64,000 nt of DNA from Pavona decussata. Taxonomy: Eukaryota. How positions within the stretch are numbered: the stretch's first letter is position 1; each line of letters opens with the position of its first letter. Under the pieces are notes generated by a model, which was not told the origin of the DNA, searched no databases, and worked only from the letters and a program-made list of their open reading frames with translations. Positions 24,180 to 35,701 of the stretch are shown here, piece after piece. The stretch covers positions 2,356,001 through 2,420,000 of the forward strand of contig CDRNST010000056.1 of NCBI GenBank assembly GCA_977016875.1. The letters run 5' to 3'. The position numbers and the translations under genes are program-made.

Positions 24180-25413
24180 CAGTCGAACCTGTATATAACG
24201 GCCACCCTCGGGACTTGAGGAACTGGCCGCTTAATACAGGTGGCCGCTTAATACAGGATCACTAAAAATACTAACTGGGCGTTGTCTAATGTCAATTTGA
24301 ATGGTGTATCATACAAAAACATTTCATACAAGGAAACAATAGGACAATCAACACTCTTTCAAGAGATCAACACTTTAAACAAAGTTCAGTGCCAACTTGT
24401 AACTTAATGGTATAATATACGTAACATTGTGTAAAAGCACTGTGCAATAAATTGTCCTCTACTCTTGAACGGTGTACAGCCCAGGGGGGGTACTCGGGTA
24501 TATTAGTGACGGGGACGTGCGAAGACCTTTTTTGGGTTTGAAATTTTCCGTTTGGGACTTTTTTGGGTTTCAAATTTTCTGGTGGACTTTTTTTGCCCTT
24601 AGGCAGTCTGCCTAAAGTTTTGTGACAGATGCACGAGGAATGAATAAAGTCGGACGCATGAAATATCTCGCATTCTCTTGGTGTTTTGTACTTTTATTGT
24701 TTTTGATGCTTAAAAAATTTGGACTTTTTTTGGGTTACGTTTTTGGCTGCTGGACTTTTTTTGGGTTTTCCTTAGCGTGACGGGACTTTTTTTGGCTTTC
24801 AAAATCTGGCCTCATTCGCACCTCCCCGTAACTAATATACCCGAGTACCCCCCCCCCCCCCCCACCCCTGGGGTGTACAGTATTGTATTTTCTAACTCAC
24901 TTACTTGCGTGACTTGCAGTTCACGACAAAATATCTCATTCCGTCATTTCATAGTTTTTACGATCGAAGTGGAGTTATAACGGTAATGTTGCTAATTAAA
25001 AGTAACACAATATATAACAAAATTCTTCAAGTTAAAATAGGAATAGGGTAAGAATTACAGCGACTTAAACAAGTGGGACACGTGCGTTTGGCACCTCGGA
25101 ATTTGAAACTTTTGTTTGTAGAGCAAGTCGTTGACTGTTGGCACTGCCAGCGACAATTCCTGTTATCCATGGTACTGTGCTTATGGCTTAGTTTCCATTC
25201 AAGGGTGGCCGCTTAATACAGGTAAAAATAACAAAGAAAGACAAACATGGGACTGCTACAGGATGGCCGCGGCCGCTTAATAGAGGTGGCCGCCTAATAC
25301 AGGTACCAAATACAGCGTTTGTATGCGCGAAAAATCGGGACTTTAAAAAGTGGCCGCTTAATAGAGGGTGGCCGCTTAATACAGGGCCGTTATATACAGG
25401 TTCGACTCGACTG
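24180..25413. mobile_element. pogo/Tigger-like (Tc1-mariner) non-autonomous element
   Basis: Left end TA|CAGTCGAACCTGTATATAACGGCC with its inverted copy at 25385-25413. Multiple subterminal GGCCGCTTAATA repeats. Confidence 0.8.
24480..24872. mobile_element. CCCAG(G)nTACTC-TIR MITE nested in the pogo-like element, 8-bp TSD
   Basis: TSD GTGTACAG at 24472-24479 and 24873-24880. Internal GGACTTTTTTGGG repeats. Confidence 0.9.
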
Positions 25414-26279
25414 ATTATACTTTTCCAACTCTGAAAGACACACTTAAAGGTTAAATTTTGCCAATTTGGACGGTTTTCGGTTAAATTAAAGACTTTTGGT
25501 GGTTGACGGTTAAAAAGGGTAAATTTCTTCCAAGAGTTAAAGTTAATATTAACTTTTGGGTTTTTCAGTAATATTAACAATTGGATTGTGGAGGTTGTTT
25601 TTTAGTCAGAAACACGTTGTCAATGTAGTAAATTCAAGTTAGACGTAAATTAAGTAGAAAAGATAAAGTAAGTATATTTGGGAACATAAAAAACTGTTCA
25701 CCAGTTAAACGATTATTTGAGAGCCAGAAGTCTGGTATGGGCAGCTGACTGATAGTGATATTTGAGAGACCTTGAAACCGTTTGACGGTAAATAATAACT
25801 GCTTTTTCTAACGGTTGACGGTAAAATTGCCCTTTTTACGTTTGACGGTTAAATTTTAGGCTGTTTGACGGCTGACGGTTAACCCTATTGAGACCCGCTT
25901 CTAAGGTAAGGGACATTTAAAGAATGTTTGTTGTAAGAACTGCTAAGAGCACCCTAACTTGTACAGTCAAATCCCTTCATTGCTGACAGCCTCAGGACCG
26001 CGAGTTAGTGTCTTAAATAGCGAGAGTCCGCAATTGCGGGAATTTATTTCAGTCATGCAAACGTTTTTAATTTTTTTTTTTTTTGCCGGGATTTAGCTGC
26101 CGTCCGTATTATCGGGTGTCCGTAATAGGGAGGTATCTGCAAGGCGAGAGTCGACAGCCGAATCGGAATATTAATTCGACCCCTGTTGGAAAAACTCGAA
26201 TTTTTTCTTTTTCCGACTGCGAATAATATATAAATGCATTTTTCTTTGCTCTATTTCAGTCAATGTGAGGTGAATTGTA

Positions 26280-27560
26280 CTGTTCAGCGACGAAATTGAA
26301 TGTTAAACCATTCACTGCACGGTCCACTGTTTTTCAAAACTGTCACAAATTTGGCGATTATCAAGAGGGGTGAGGAGGGACAGGCCGGGCAACTGTAGGG
26401 CATTTGGATCTCAAAAAGATTTTCTGCTCAGATGCCCCACTGTAGTGCATCCATGAATGTTTAAAAGTCATTAAACTGTTAGAATTCCTATGATGGGTAC
26501 TGTCAAATCCACTGCCTATGCCCGATCACACCCCTTCCCCTCCCCACAGCGGCTTAAATTTGACAGATTTATTACCTGTTCAGGCTATGTTATCGGGCTC
26601 ATTTACTGAGATTTTTCCCGCCAGTTTTTTTCAGTTGCATGTTTTACACTCCACAACACTGGACAAGGAATGCGACGCAAAAATATAATCTTAGTCATCG
26701 AAACAGCAAGTTATCCCGAGGTAACTGGAGCAACCACCGACATCGGTTTCATGTGCAAAACTTTTTGATCACGTAGACACATACAAGATGCCCAACAAAA
26801 GGATCGAATGAAGACGGATTAAGCAGCGAGCAGTGGCTGTCGTGACAAAGGTGTTTTGTCGTAACCTGTGGTTAGCCCTTTCTATACGTTCTTAGCAGTG
26901 GTGTATCATGTGATGGTGCATGTTAAAATTGTATTGTTCAGCGAGGAAACTGAAAGTTAAACCGTTGACTGCACGGTCCACTGTTTTCCCAATTGTGTTG
27001 GCTGAGTCCGATTGAAACTGCCGAACATTGTGGGGAGGGAGAGGCCGGGCAACTGTAGGGCATTTGAATCCCAATAAGATTTTCTGCTCAGATGCTCCAC
27101 TGTAGCGCATCCGTGAATGTTTAAAAGTCACTAAACTATTAGAAAGATCATGATGAGTAGATAGTTACTGCCAAATACACCGCCTATGCCCGAAAGCACC
27201 CCCTCCCACTCAGTGAGTTAAACTTGACAGATTCGTTACTTGTGTTTTCAGCGTTATTGAGCTCATTTACTGCGCAATGTCGCCGACAGATTTTCTGGTG
27301 GTTAAATTCGACAACGAATTCGATGCAAAAATCTAATCTTAGCCATCGAAACAGTGAATTGTCGCGACGTGACTCGATCCTCCACCGACATCGGTTTGAT
27401 GTGCAAAACTGTTTGATCAGGTAGACACGTACCGTCTTGATCCACACCAAGATCCCCAACAAAAGGAAAACAATGGTTACGTGACCAACGCGTTTTGTCG
27501 TGACCTGTGGTTAGCCCTTACTATACCTTCTTAGCAGTGGTGTATCATGTGAGGGTGCAT
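26280..27560. repeat. ~650-bp diverged tandem duplication upstream of copy 5
   Basis: TGTTCAGCGA.GAAA.TGAA.GTTAAACC at 26281 and 26935. The other block has a single counterpart at ~17025-17683. Confidence 0.85.
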
Positions 27561-27930
27561 GTTAAAACAGGCCATTCAACACAAAGCGCACTTTGTTGCA
27601 CGGACCCAATATTTGAACCTGGCTCTGTTGCGTTCAACAACGCGCAACCTGTCGAACGGCAGGGGAAAACATTAAGCCATTCATAGTGGTCTGCAGCAAG
27701 CAAGTCTAGACATTGCTCAGCATTTGTTGAGCAACAACTGTTAAATAAACACTGTTGCACTGTATATCAATAGTTTCAGATTTCGCACTGTTCCCCCTGA
27801 CAGTCACGCATATTAAATTTGGCTAGCTATATACCACTGAATAGGTCACCTGATCTCTCATTACTTTGGAGTAAAAGATAATCAGTGATTTGCTTCTTGT
27901 TTGAATGTTGTAATTTTGGTAAAGAAGATC

Positions 27931-29247
27931 ATGGCGGTCGTTACTGACAAAAACTGGCAAACAACAAGACCCACCATCAGAGAGAGAACCAAGTTTATGT
28001 TCAACAACGATCTCTTCAGCGATGTGAAGTTTGTGGTTCGTAACAGTGATGGTGAAAGTGAATTGAAACAGGTGATTCAAGCTCACAAGTTTGTGCTGTC
28101 GATTGGCAGTCCTGTGTTTGAAGCTATGTTTTACGGTGAGCTAGCGGAGACTAGAGACTCTATTGAACTGCCTGACTGTGAGTACGAGAGTCTCTTGGAG
28201 TTTTTTCGTTACATGTACTGCGATGAAGTGAATTTGAGCGGAAGTAATGTGATGGGAGTGTTATACTTGGCTGAAAAGTACATGGTGCCTTCCCTGGCTG
28301 ACAAGTGCTCGAAATATTTGAAAAATCATTTAGATTCATCAAATGTTTTCATCATTTTACAATCTGCCCAGAAATATGATGAGAAAAATCTCATAGATCG
28401 ATGCTGGGAAGTGATTGATGAAGAAACTGAAGCAGTTGTGAAATCGGATGATTTTGCGACACTTCAGAGGCCCTTACTAGAGGCACTAGTCGAAAGAGAT
28501 ACTCTGGGCATCTCTGAAGTGAAATTGTTCAAAGGAGTCGTCGAATGGGCGACAAAGGAATCGGAGAAGCGAGGCATCGTCGCAGATGGCCAAGAAAAGA
28601 GAAGAATCATCGGAGAACGAATCGTAAAAGCATTACGCTTTCCAGTGATGAAACAGGAAGAATTTGCCTCTGTGGTCGTTGGCAGCAAAATCCTCACACA
28701 CGATGAAGTCGCAGATGTGATGAAATGTTTTGGTGCAGTGCAAAGTTCTCCTGTGGTGTTTCCAGTGGTAGAAAGATCTGGCCCTCCTAATAAATTAGTA
28801 CGTTGTAGTAGATTTCGCTCATTGCAGTTTGGTTGGAGTAATGGCAGCACCAGGCTACATTTTTCAGCAGACAGCAATATAAAATTTCACGGAGTACACT
28901 TGTTCGGCAGCAAGGACAATTCTTATACAGTTACTCTTAAACTCTTGTCAGGTTCCACTGTTCTAGCTTCTACAGACGGTACATTTTCATCGGTGCTCAA
29001 CGTATCGGCAGAATATTACGGTTTCGATGTGCTCTTTGCAAAACCGATACCTTTGATAAACCATGTCGTATACACCGTTAAAGCTGATATTAATGGTCCA
29101 CGATCTTGGTACGGTATCAATGGACGCGATTTGCTTGTTTGTTCTGGCGTTGCATTTACCCTGAGGGAACAGTCAGTCCGTTTGCAAACCAAAACTAGTA
29201 TCGCACGAGGGCAATTTGATGAATTCATTTTCAGTTTTCGAAAGTGA
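27931..29247 (+). CDS. BTBD6-like: BTB-BACK-PHR copy 5, intact, 438 aa from ATG 27931
   Basis: Full ORF with all family motifs. The ATG aligns with the starts of the other copies. Confidence 0.92.
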   Translation: MAVVTDKNWQTTRPTIRERTKFMFNNDLFSDVKFVVRNSDGESELKQVIQAHKFVLSIGSPVFEAMFYGELAETRDSIELPDCEYESLLEFFRYMYCDEVNLSGSNVMGVLYLAEKYMVPSLADKCSKYLKNHLDSSNVFIILQSAQKYDEKNLIDRCWEVIDEETEAVVKSDDFATLQRPLLEALVERDTLGISEVKLFKGVVEWATKESEKRGIVADGQEKRRIIGERIVKALRFPVMKQEEFASVVVGSKILTHDEVADVMKCFGAVQSSPVVFPVVERSGPPNKLVRCSRFRSLQFGWSNGSTRLHFSADSNIKFHGVHLFGSKDNSYTVTLKLLSGSTVLASTDGTFSSVLNVSAEYYGFDVLFAKPIPLINHVVYTVKADINGPRSWYGINGRDLLVCSGVAFTLREQSVRLQTKTSIARGQFDEFIFSFRK

Positions 29248-31326
29248 ATATTACATGATTGTGAGAAAAACCGAAATTCTGTGAAAAATACTGATTCCGT
29301 AAATTTTGAAAGCTGTAAAAAGTTGTAAACTAACGATACGAGATAAAAAGTTGTCTCTAAATTTAAGATATGTTTTCGTGCAATCATCTTCAGGCAAAGT
29401 TTTACCATAGATTTCCCCGTAAACTCGATTACTGTAGATGTATGCGTCAAATTAAATGATAATAACAATAATAATAATAAAAAAAAAACATTAACCTGAT
29501 TGCACACTCCATAGGCTACATAGATCCCCCAAAATAGGCTAATAATGTCGTCATAACGGTTGCTGAATGTCTGTAGCCGTCTTAAATCAAGTTCTCAAAC
29601 TTATTAATAATTCATAAAGTGAGTTGTCTATTTGAGGCAGGTGGATGATTCTTGATATCCAACGAAACACCAGATCGAGAACTTAAGGAAGGTGCCTACC
29701 GAAGTATTTTTGCGCGGTTTATGACTATGCGGGAAAAGCAGATCTTAGTAAGGGCTATTGGAATCCTAAAAACAAAATTGTGGGTAACCACGCATTTTTT
29801 AGAGATAATTATAAGCAACAATTATTCTGAAAAGCAGTAAAATGCAAAGCAATGCATGGCGTTTTTATTTTTTTTTTTTCTAATTGAAGCTTTATCTCTC
29901 AAAAATCCATGGTTACCCCCAAATTTGTTTTTGGATACGAAAAGAACTTGCTAAGTTCTACTTGCCCCAAATAGTTTTAAACCGCGCAAAAATATTCCTG
30001 TATCTCGCACCCAGATCTCAGTCGGTTCGGGAATGTCGAAATGTGAGATCTCCCTTTCGCCTGACCGTGGAAGATCTGGGTAGGAGATGAAGTAGCCACA
30101 ACCCATAGGAAACCCGAGTATCTTAAGTTGCAGCTTCGACACAAAAACAAGAACTTAACAACCTCGACACCAGATCGACAACTTAACAACCTCGTTCCCA
30201 GGCATTTACCTTGCACCCATTTTACAGGGGAAAACCCTGAGAAAAAAAGTTGACAATTGCTGTTAAATCCCCTGCCTATGCCCTTCCGCACTCCCCCCAC
30301 CCCCCACCACCACCACCACAACCACCCAGCGGATTAACTTTGACAGGTGCAGTTTTCAATTAAGTGTCGAAGGTAAGTTGATATTTGTTTTGGTTTCACT
30401 TAACTATGCTCTGTTTTTGGTTAGAAAAACTCACGTCACCTTTTCAAGCAGAACAAAAGCAAACTCTGTCTTGACAGCGTTACTGGATTGCGACATTAAA
30501 ACCGAACCTTAATCGTCGAAACAGCGAATTTGCCCGATTTGACTCGAACCACGGACATCGGTTTGATGCGCAAAACTGTTTGATCTCGTACCGAGATTTC
30601 ATAACAAGATACTCAAAAGACCCACACAAACGAATGCGTGAAAGGTGCTAGAAAAGGGAACGGATCGGAGCGCGCGCGCGCGAAGTATGCGAGAAGAACT
30701 CGCGTTTTCCCTTTTCCCTCCCGTTTTCTAGCGCCAGAAGGGCTCAAACACCTGAATGTATCAGCGGAGAATCAAATGCGCACACATTTTAATTCCAGAG
30801 AGGCTACGTTGACTTGTATGCCCTGTAACAATATTCCAATGTACGGAATTAGAAAATGAACTTAACTTAAATACTGATAGTGATTCTTAAATAATACAAT
30901 TGCCAACTCTGCCTTAAGGAAAGTGGCGTCAAATTTGAATAAATTCTTTTAAACACATCAAGATTATTAACACTTAATACTATCACAGAAAAACGATGTT
31001 TTCAATTTCAAACTACGCTTGGATTACACCTTGAGATACAGAAGAATCTCTTGAATACAACGATAACTTACAATTTAAGTCGGTTTTAACTAAAAAAAAA
31101 CGACAAAAAATTTGCTATTTGGGGAATATTGAGATACAAACGTCCTATGGCAGTCTTATTAAACAGCTTTCATCTGGGCAATTTCTTTTAGGTCCAAGCT
31201 TTTTTCGTGACCGAAAACTTTCAACGAATGTCTAGGAAAGATTTGTTGCAATTGTTGCGATTCTTTCTAAAAAATTTAATGCGCTTAAAGGGTTAGGAAA
31301 CAAATTATGAAGCGTGTATTATACGC

Positions 31327-31641
31327 AAGGCGCCTTCACACGACAAAGTAAGGTATGCAAACTCGGCGATTTTTTTTCTATTATATTCTGTTGTCGTCAA
31401 AGAGAACCAGGCTCCCATCAGGCCAACGCCTTTTTTTCAACTGCTTGGGGTCGGCAAACTCGATCACATTCGACGTGTCAACGTTTGTTAAACCAAACGT
31501 GTGCTGTTTACTTCAAACGCCACAGAGAAGCTTTTAAGAAAGAATTGCCGTCAAATTTGGAGTAAGCAATAAGCGGAAGTCTATGGTTGTTTGTCGTGTG
31601 GAAGCAAAGGTTTGCTAACGTTTGCGGTGTAAAAGCGCCTT
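31327..31641. mobile_element. Harbinger-like MITE just downstream of the stop codon of the - strand gene
   Basis: Imperfect TIR: AAGGCGCCTTCACACGACAAA ... TTTGCGGTGTAAAAGCGCCTT. Confidence 0.55.
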
Positions 31642-31649
31642 CATGGTCA

Positions 31650-33571
31650 TTAATCATCTATATTACCTATAGAAAGCGGTATATCCTCGTCAAATGTCAA
31701 AGCAACCACTTTACCCGACAAACTGCCAATTTTCTCGTCATACGAGCCGTTCTCAGTCCCGGCGAGTACCTCACCCGTGATTATTCCCGACTGATGTTCT
31801 GGGTCATCACTGGGAGTAACGTCCGCCGTAATGGTGGCGATTTTCTTGCCGGAATTACAAGACAACACATCTATTGATGCTGTGGCAATGAGTCCATTTG
31901 CGACAGCCTCACCTGAAACGGCAAACAGATCACCGCGGAGTGTAGCTAGCTTTTCGCTTGATTCATTATCAATAGGGGTAGAGGTAACTTCCCCTTTCAC
32001 AATACCGATTCTATCCCCAGTGTTGGGCGTGGTCGGGTCCCCCTCTTCCTTGGCCACGCGGTACACAGATCCCGATAATGTAACTGTCTGTTGGCCCTCA
32101 GGATTTTCTAAAGAGCCAATGCGAACATTAGCTGTTACAGTGCATATTCTGCCTTGAACGTTTTCATTGCTCACTGACGAATCTCGCCTTGTTGGAGAAG
32201 GATGACCGTCACCAGAAACGTGAACGTTCTGTTCCGCCGGCATCTGTTTCCCTTCGAGGGAAGCGGAATCCTCTTTGGTGGTTTCGCTTGTTTCTACAGG
32301 TAGCGCAACCTCAGTTGTTGTCGGTAAAATGTTTTGCTGAGAAGAACCAAGACTTTCGCGAGATATACTGTCCTTTCTCATGGTCTCTTCCCGTGCAGAT
32401 ACTGTATCTTTATCATTAAGTAAGCTGGCTTGACTGGCATTCCTGTTTGAAGCCGGGTCGGCGCTGGGGGTGCTGTGCGGCGCCATTTCCTTTTCACTAG
32501 ATAAGCTGGCCTTACTGGTAGTCCTGTGACTGGACAAGTTTCCTTCGCTGGTATCCCTAACTGCAGGTGTATCTTTTTGGTGAGAAGTACCAAGACTTTG
32601 GCGCGATAAATTAACATCTTCCTCAGAGTGCGCACCAAAATACTCGCTTACAGTCATACTCTCCTTTCTCACCGTTTGTTCCTGTCCAGATACTGCATCC
32701 TTAGATAAGCTGACTTGACTAGCATTTCTGTTTGAAGCCGGAATTTCGCTGGTATTGCTGTGCGACGCTGTGTCCCTTTCACCAGATAAGCTGGCTTTAC
32801 TGGTACTCCTGCGACTGGATAAGTTTCCTTCGCTGGTATCCCTGGCTGCAGGCGTCTCCTGGTCAGCTAAGTTAACTTTGGTGATGTTTTGGTGAGAAGT
32901 ACCAAGACTTTGACGTGATAAATTAACATCTTCCTCAGAGGGCGCACCAAAATACTCGCTTACAGTCATACTGCCTTTTCTCACCTGTCCAGGTACTGTA
33001 TCTTTATCACCAGATAAACTGACTTGACTGGTATTCCTGTTCGACGTCGAGACTGCGCTGGTATTCCTGTGCTGTGCCGTCTCTCCACCTGGACTCGTCC
33101 CTTGACTGACTTCTCTGGTATCCGTGTGGGACACAGAGTCTCTCTTACCAGATGCGCTTGTTTCACCTGAGGCGTCCTGCGCTTCTTCAACATCATTTTC
33201 TTTCCCTCCATCAGCACCCGTTACCAAAGCAACAGCCTCGTCGCCTACGGAAGCACTGCTAGCAGCAACGACTGGACGCTGTTCGCCAGAAGAAACTCTT
33301 TCGCGAGATGAACTGCTTTCAGGAGCGGTTTCCTGCTGGGTAGCTGCTACTTCGCCGCGTGAACCATCTTCTTCGTTGAGCTGCTGTTCTGAAATAGCGT
33401 CATTGTTGACGTTTTGTTCGACTGCCAGAGGTTCATTGTCACTCGTTGTTTCTGAGACTCTTTTATCGCTTTCAGTCTTACTTCTTGAAATAGAATCGTG
33501 AGGAACATGGCCGTTTGCTTCAGAGGATGGTGTCTCGTCTTCACGTCTGTGCGCATTGGAAGTCTTCTTCC
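31650..33571 (-). CDS. Uncharacterised MGCGSS-start protein, last coding exon (Ser/Thr/Glu-rich disordered repeats plus C-terminal beta-repeat domain)
   Basis: 1.9-kb stop-free ORF with a phase-1 TTTTGCAG acceptor ending at 33572. Internal ~100-aa repeats (TVSEYFGA.SEEDVNLSRQSLGTSHQ). Confidence 0.85.
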
Positions 33572-34010
33572 CTGCAAAATGGATTGAGAACACGGTAATT
33601 GTACTTACGGTGATTCCCGCGAAATAAAAATTGCGAAAATTTTCTCAAACGTTCTATGATTGTTTACTACATGTACTCTGTGAACAGTATCGAAAGGGAT
33701 CGAAACACAGCTGATGGTTTTCACAAGTATCGATATTTGGAAACCTGAGTATCGATGATATTGCGTATTTGGTATCGGTATCGATGTAACTAATGAAAAG
33801 CACAAGGAACGTGTGGGACAAAACGAATGGGTTTGGTTTTACTTCTCAGTAGTTTGGAGACGAGACTCGGAGCAAAGAAAAGCAAAATCAAAACAAATAT
33901 GACTCCAACTTTCAAAAACTGCTCTATTTGTCGAAAACGGACAACTAAATCAAGCAAGTCGGGCCAATGGAAATTAGTTTACAGCTTGCTGCACAAAAAT
34001 GTTCACTTAC

Positions 34011-34109
34011 CACTTTGTTCATTGTCCTGTATCCGTTTAGCATTCCCATTTCTTTCCTTGTGGGAGGAGCGACTTGATGTTGATTTTCGTCTTGGGGCTG
34101 GCTGGGCAA
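34011..34109 (-). CDS. Uncharacterised MGCGSS-start protein, coding exon 2 (VAQPAPRRKSTSSRSSHKERNGNAKRIQDNEQS)
   Basis: 99-bp phase 1-1 exon with a TAG acceptor and GTAAGT donor, in frame with both neighbours. Confidence 0.8.
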
Positions 34110-34589
34110 CTATTGAGAACAAATAAGGTTCATAGGAACTCTTCTAGTTTCCATTTAAATCAGGATTCCCACTGGTTATTATTCTAGAGATCAAGGTCAT
34201 GTATCTTACCAAATATTTTGACTTTGTTCAACAAGTGTAAAAACTAATTTAAAAGGTCTTTGGATTAACATTTCATTTTTATTGTACATAATATACTAGC
34301 ATGACAAAGCATTATTAAACTTAAACTTAACCCTTCAACCCCTAATACCAAGGAACAAATTCTCCTATCTTGCCCTCATACTTTTCTTATAAAAGTAATG
34401 GGGTGAAGTTATTAAAATATCAAGAAAATTCTCCTTGGCTGATCATATCCTTAATTCTCATGACCTCTGGAGTTGAATAAGCATTGATATTACAAGGAGA
34501 AATTTGTTGCTCAGATCACTGTTAGGGCTTAAAGGTGCCAGTTCTTCAAAGAGTGTATAATGTTACCCAGTGGACAGTTGTAAATGGGA

Positions 34590-34786
34590 ATTTCAGTGGC
34601 TTCCAAGTCGAATTGTAATTTGGGAATGTTGGTAGGAAACCAGAGTACCCTGAGAAAAACCTCTGGGATTGGGGATGAGAACCAACAACAAACTCAACCC
34701 ACATATGGCATCAACACCAAGAATCAAAGTCAAGCCACACTGGTGGGAGGTGAGTGCTCTAACCACTGTACCATCCCTGCTCCCCC
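34590..34786 (-). mobile_element. tRNA-derived SINE (intronic)
   Basis: The - strand begins GGGGAGCAGGGATGGTACAGTGGTTAGAGCACTCACCTCCCACCAGTGTGG, a tRNA-like head with an A box and a decayed B box. Confidence 0.7.
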
Positions 34787-35667
34787 AAGCAGGGTGGAGT
34801 GCATTAGTATGTACATAGTTGGAGCAAATTGTATCCGCTTGATAGCTCAATTTATCCACTGGATATAGTTACCCACCCTTCAAACTACTGGGGCCAGATT
34901 GTGGTCCAGATTGTAACTCATGAGAGTGCAGACTTTGGTGGTCAGGGAAGAAAATCAGGAAATCTGGAGGAAAGCCATTGGATTTAGGGATGGGAACAAC
35001 GAGGTCAAATCACTTGTGACAATGAGTTCACAATTCAGACATATTTTTTAGTCAATGTTAATGGGAGGCGAGTACGTTTGTCACCGTGCCATGACCACCC
35101 TCCTCTAAAGGAAAATCTACAAAAAATTCTTGAAGGATCCAGGTACCCGAAGGAGTAGTATGACAGATCAGCTCAGCCAGAGAAATGGACATAGTTACAG
35201 CAAAATAGGTGAAATCGTGAGGCCCACAACTGCGGGTTATTTGCCAGTCTGGGTTTTGAAGGATTTAAAGGCTGGCCGTTGAGTTCACAAACTTGGAACT
35301 TCTGTAAAATTCCAAAAAATAAGCCCTGCCCCCCAAAGTAAGCCCATGGCCTGTTGAACTCTTTTATGCTGTAAGCCCTCGCATAAAACACCATGTCCCT
35401 CCCGGCATGGGTTTAAAGGGCTTTAGTAATACAATATGTATCTATACCTGAGACCAGTCAGTGACCTTTCATGCATTTTTTGCAATCTGATTGGTCAGCT
35501 ATCTCTGATCATTCAACATTATGCATGTACATCTCCCAGGAGGTGAATATACTGCCTTTATCCCTTTTGCTCAGCCTTATGCTGCCTTAATGCCTTTGCT
35601 CAGCATGTTTCTGTTGCAAATATGACTCCGATCAAATTCAATTGAATAAATCAAGCTCATCACCAAC

Positions 35668-35701
35668 CTGTACTGGTGGCTGTGGAGGACCCACAACCCA
35701 T
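35668..35701 (-). CDS. Uncharacterised MGCGSS-start protein, first coding exon (MGCGSSTATST)
   Basis: ATG GGT TGT GGG TCC TCC ACA GCC ACC AGT ACA G|GTTGGT, phase 1. An upstream TTTTCAG acceptor ending at 35718 implies a further 5' UTR exon. Confidence 0.8.

Noticed and set aside
34700-34786. tRNA gene
   Set aside because: The tRNA-like head lacks an intact T-arm/B box and continues into a SINE body.
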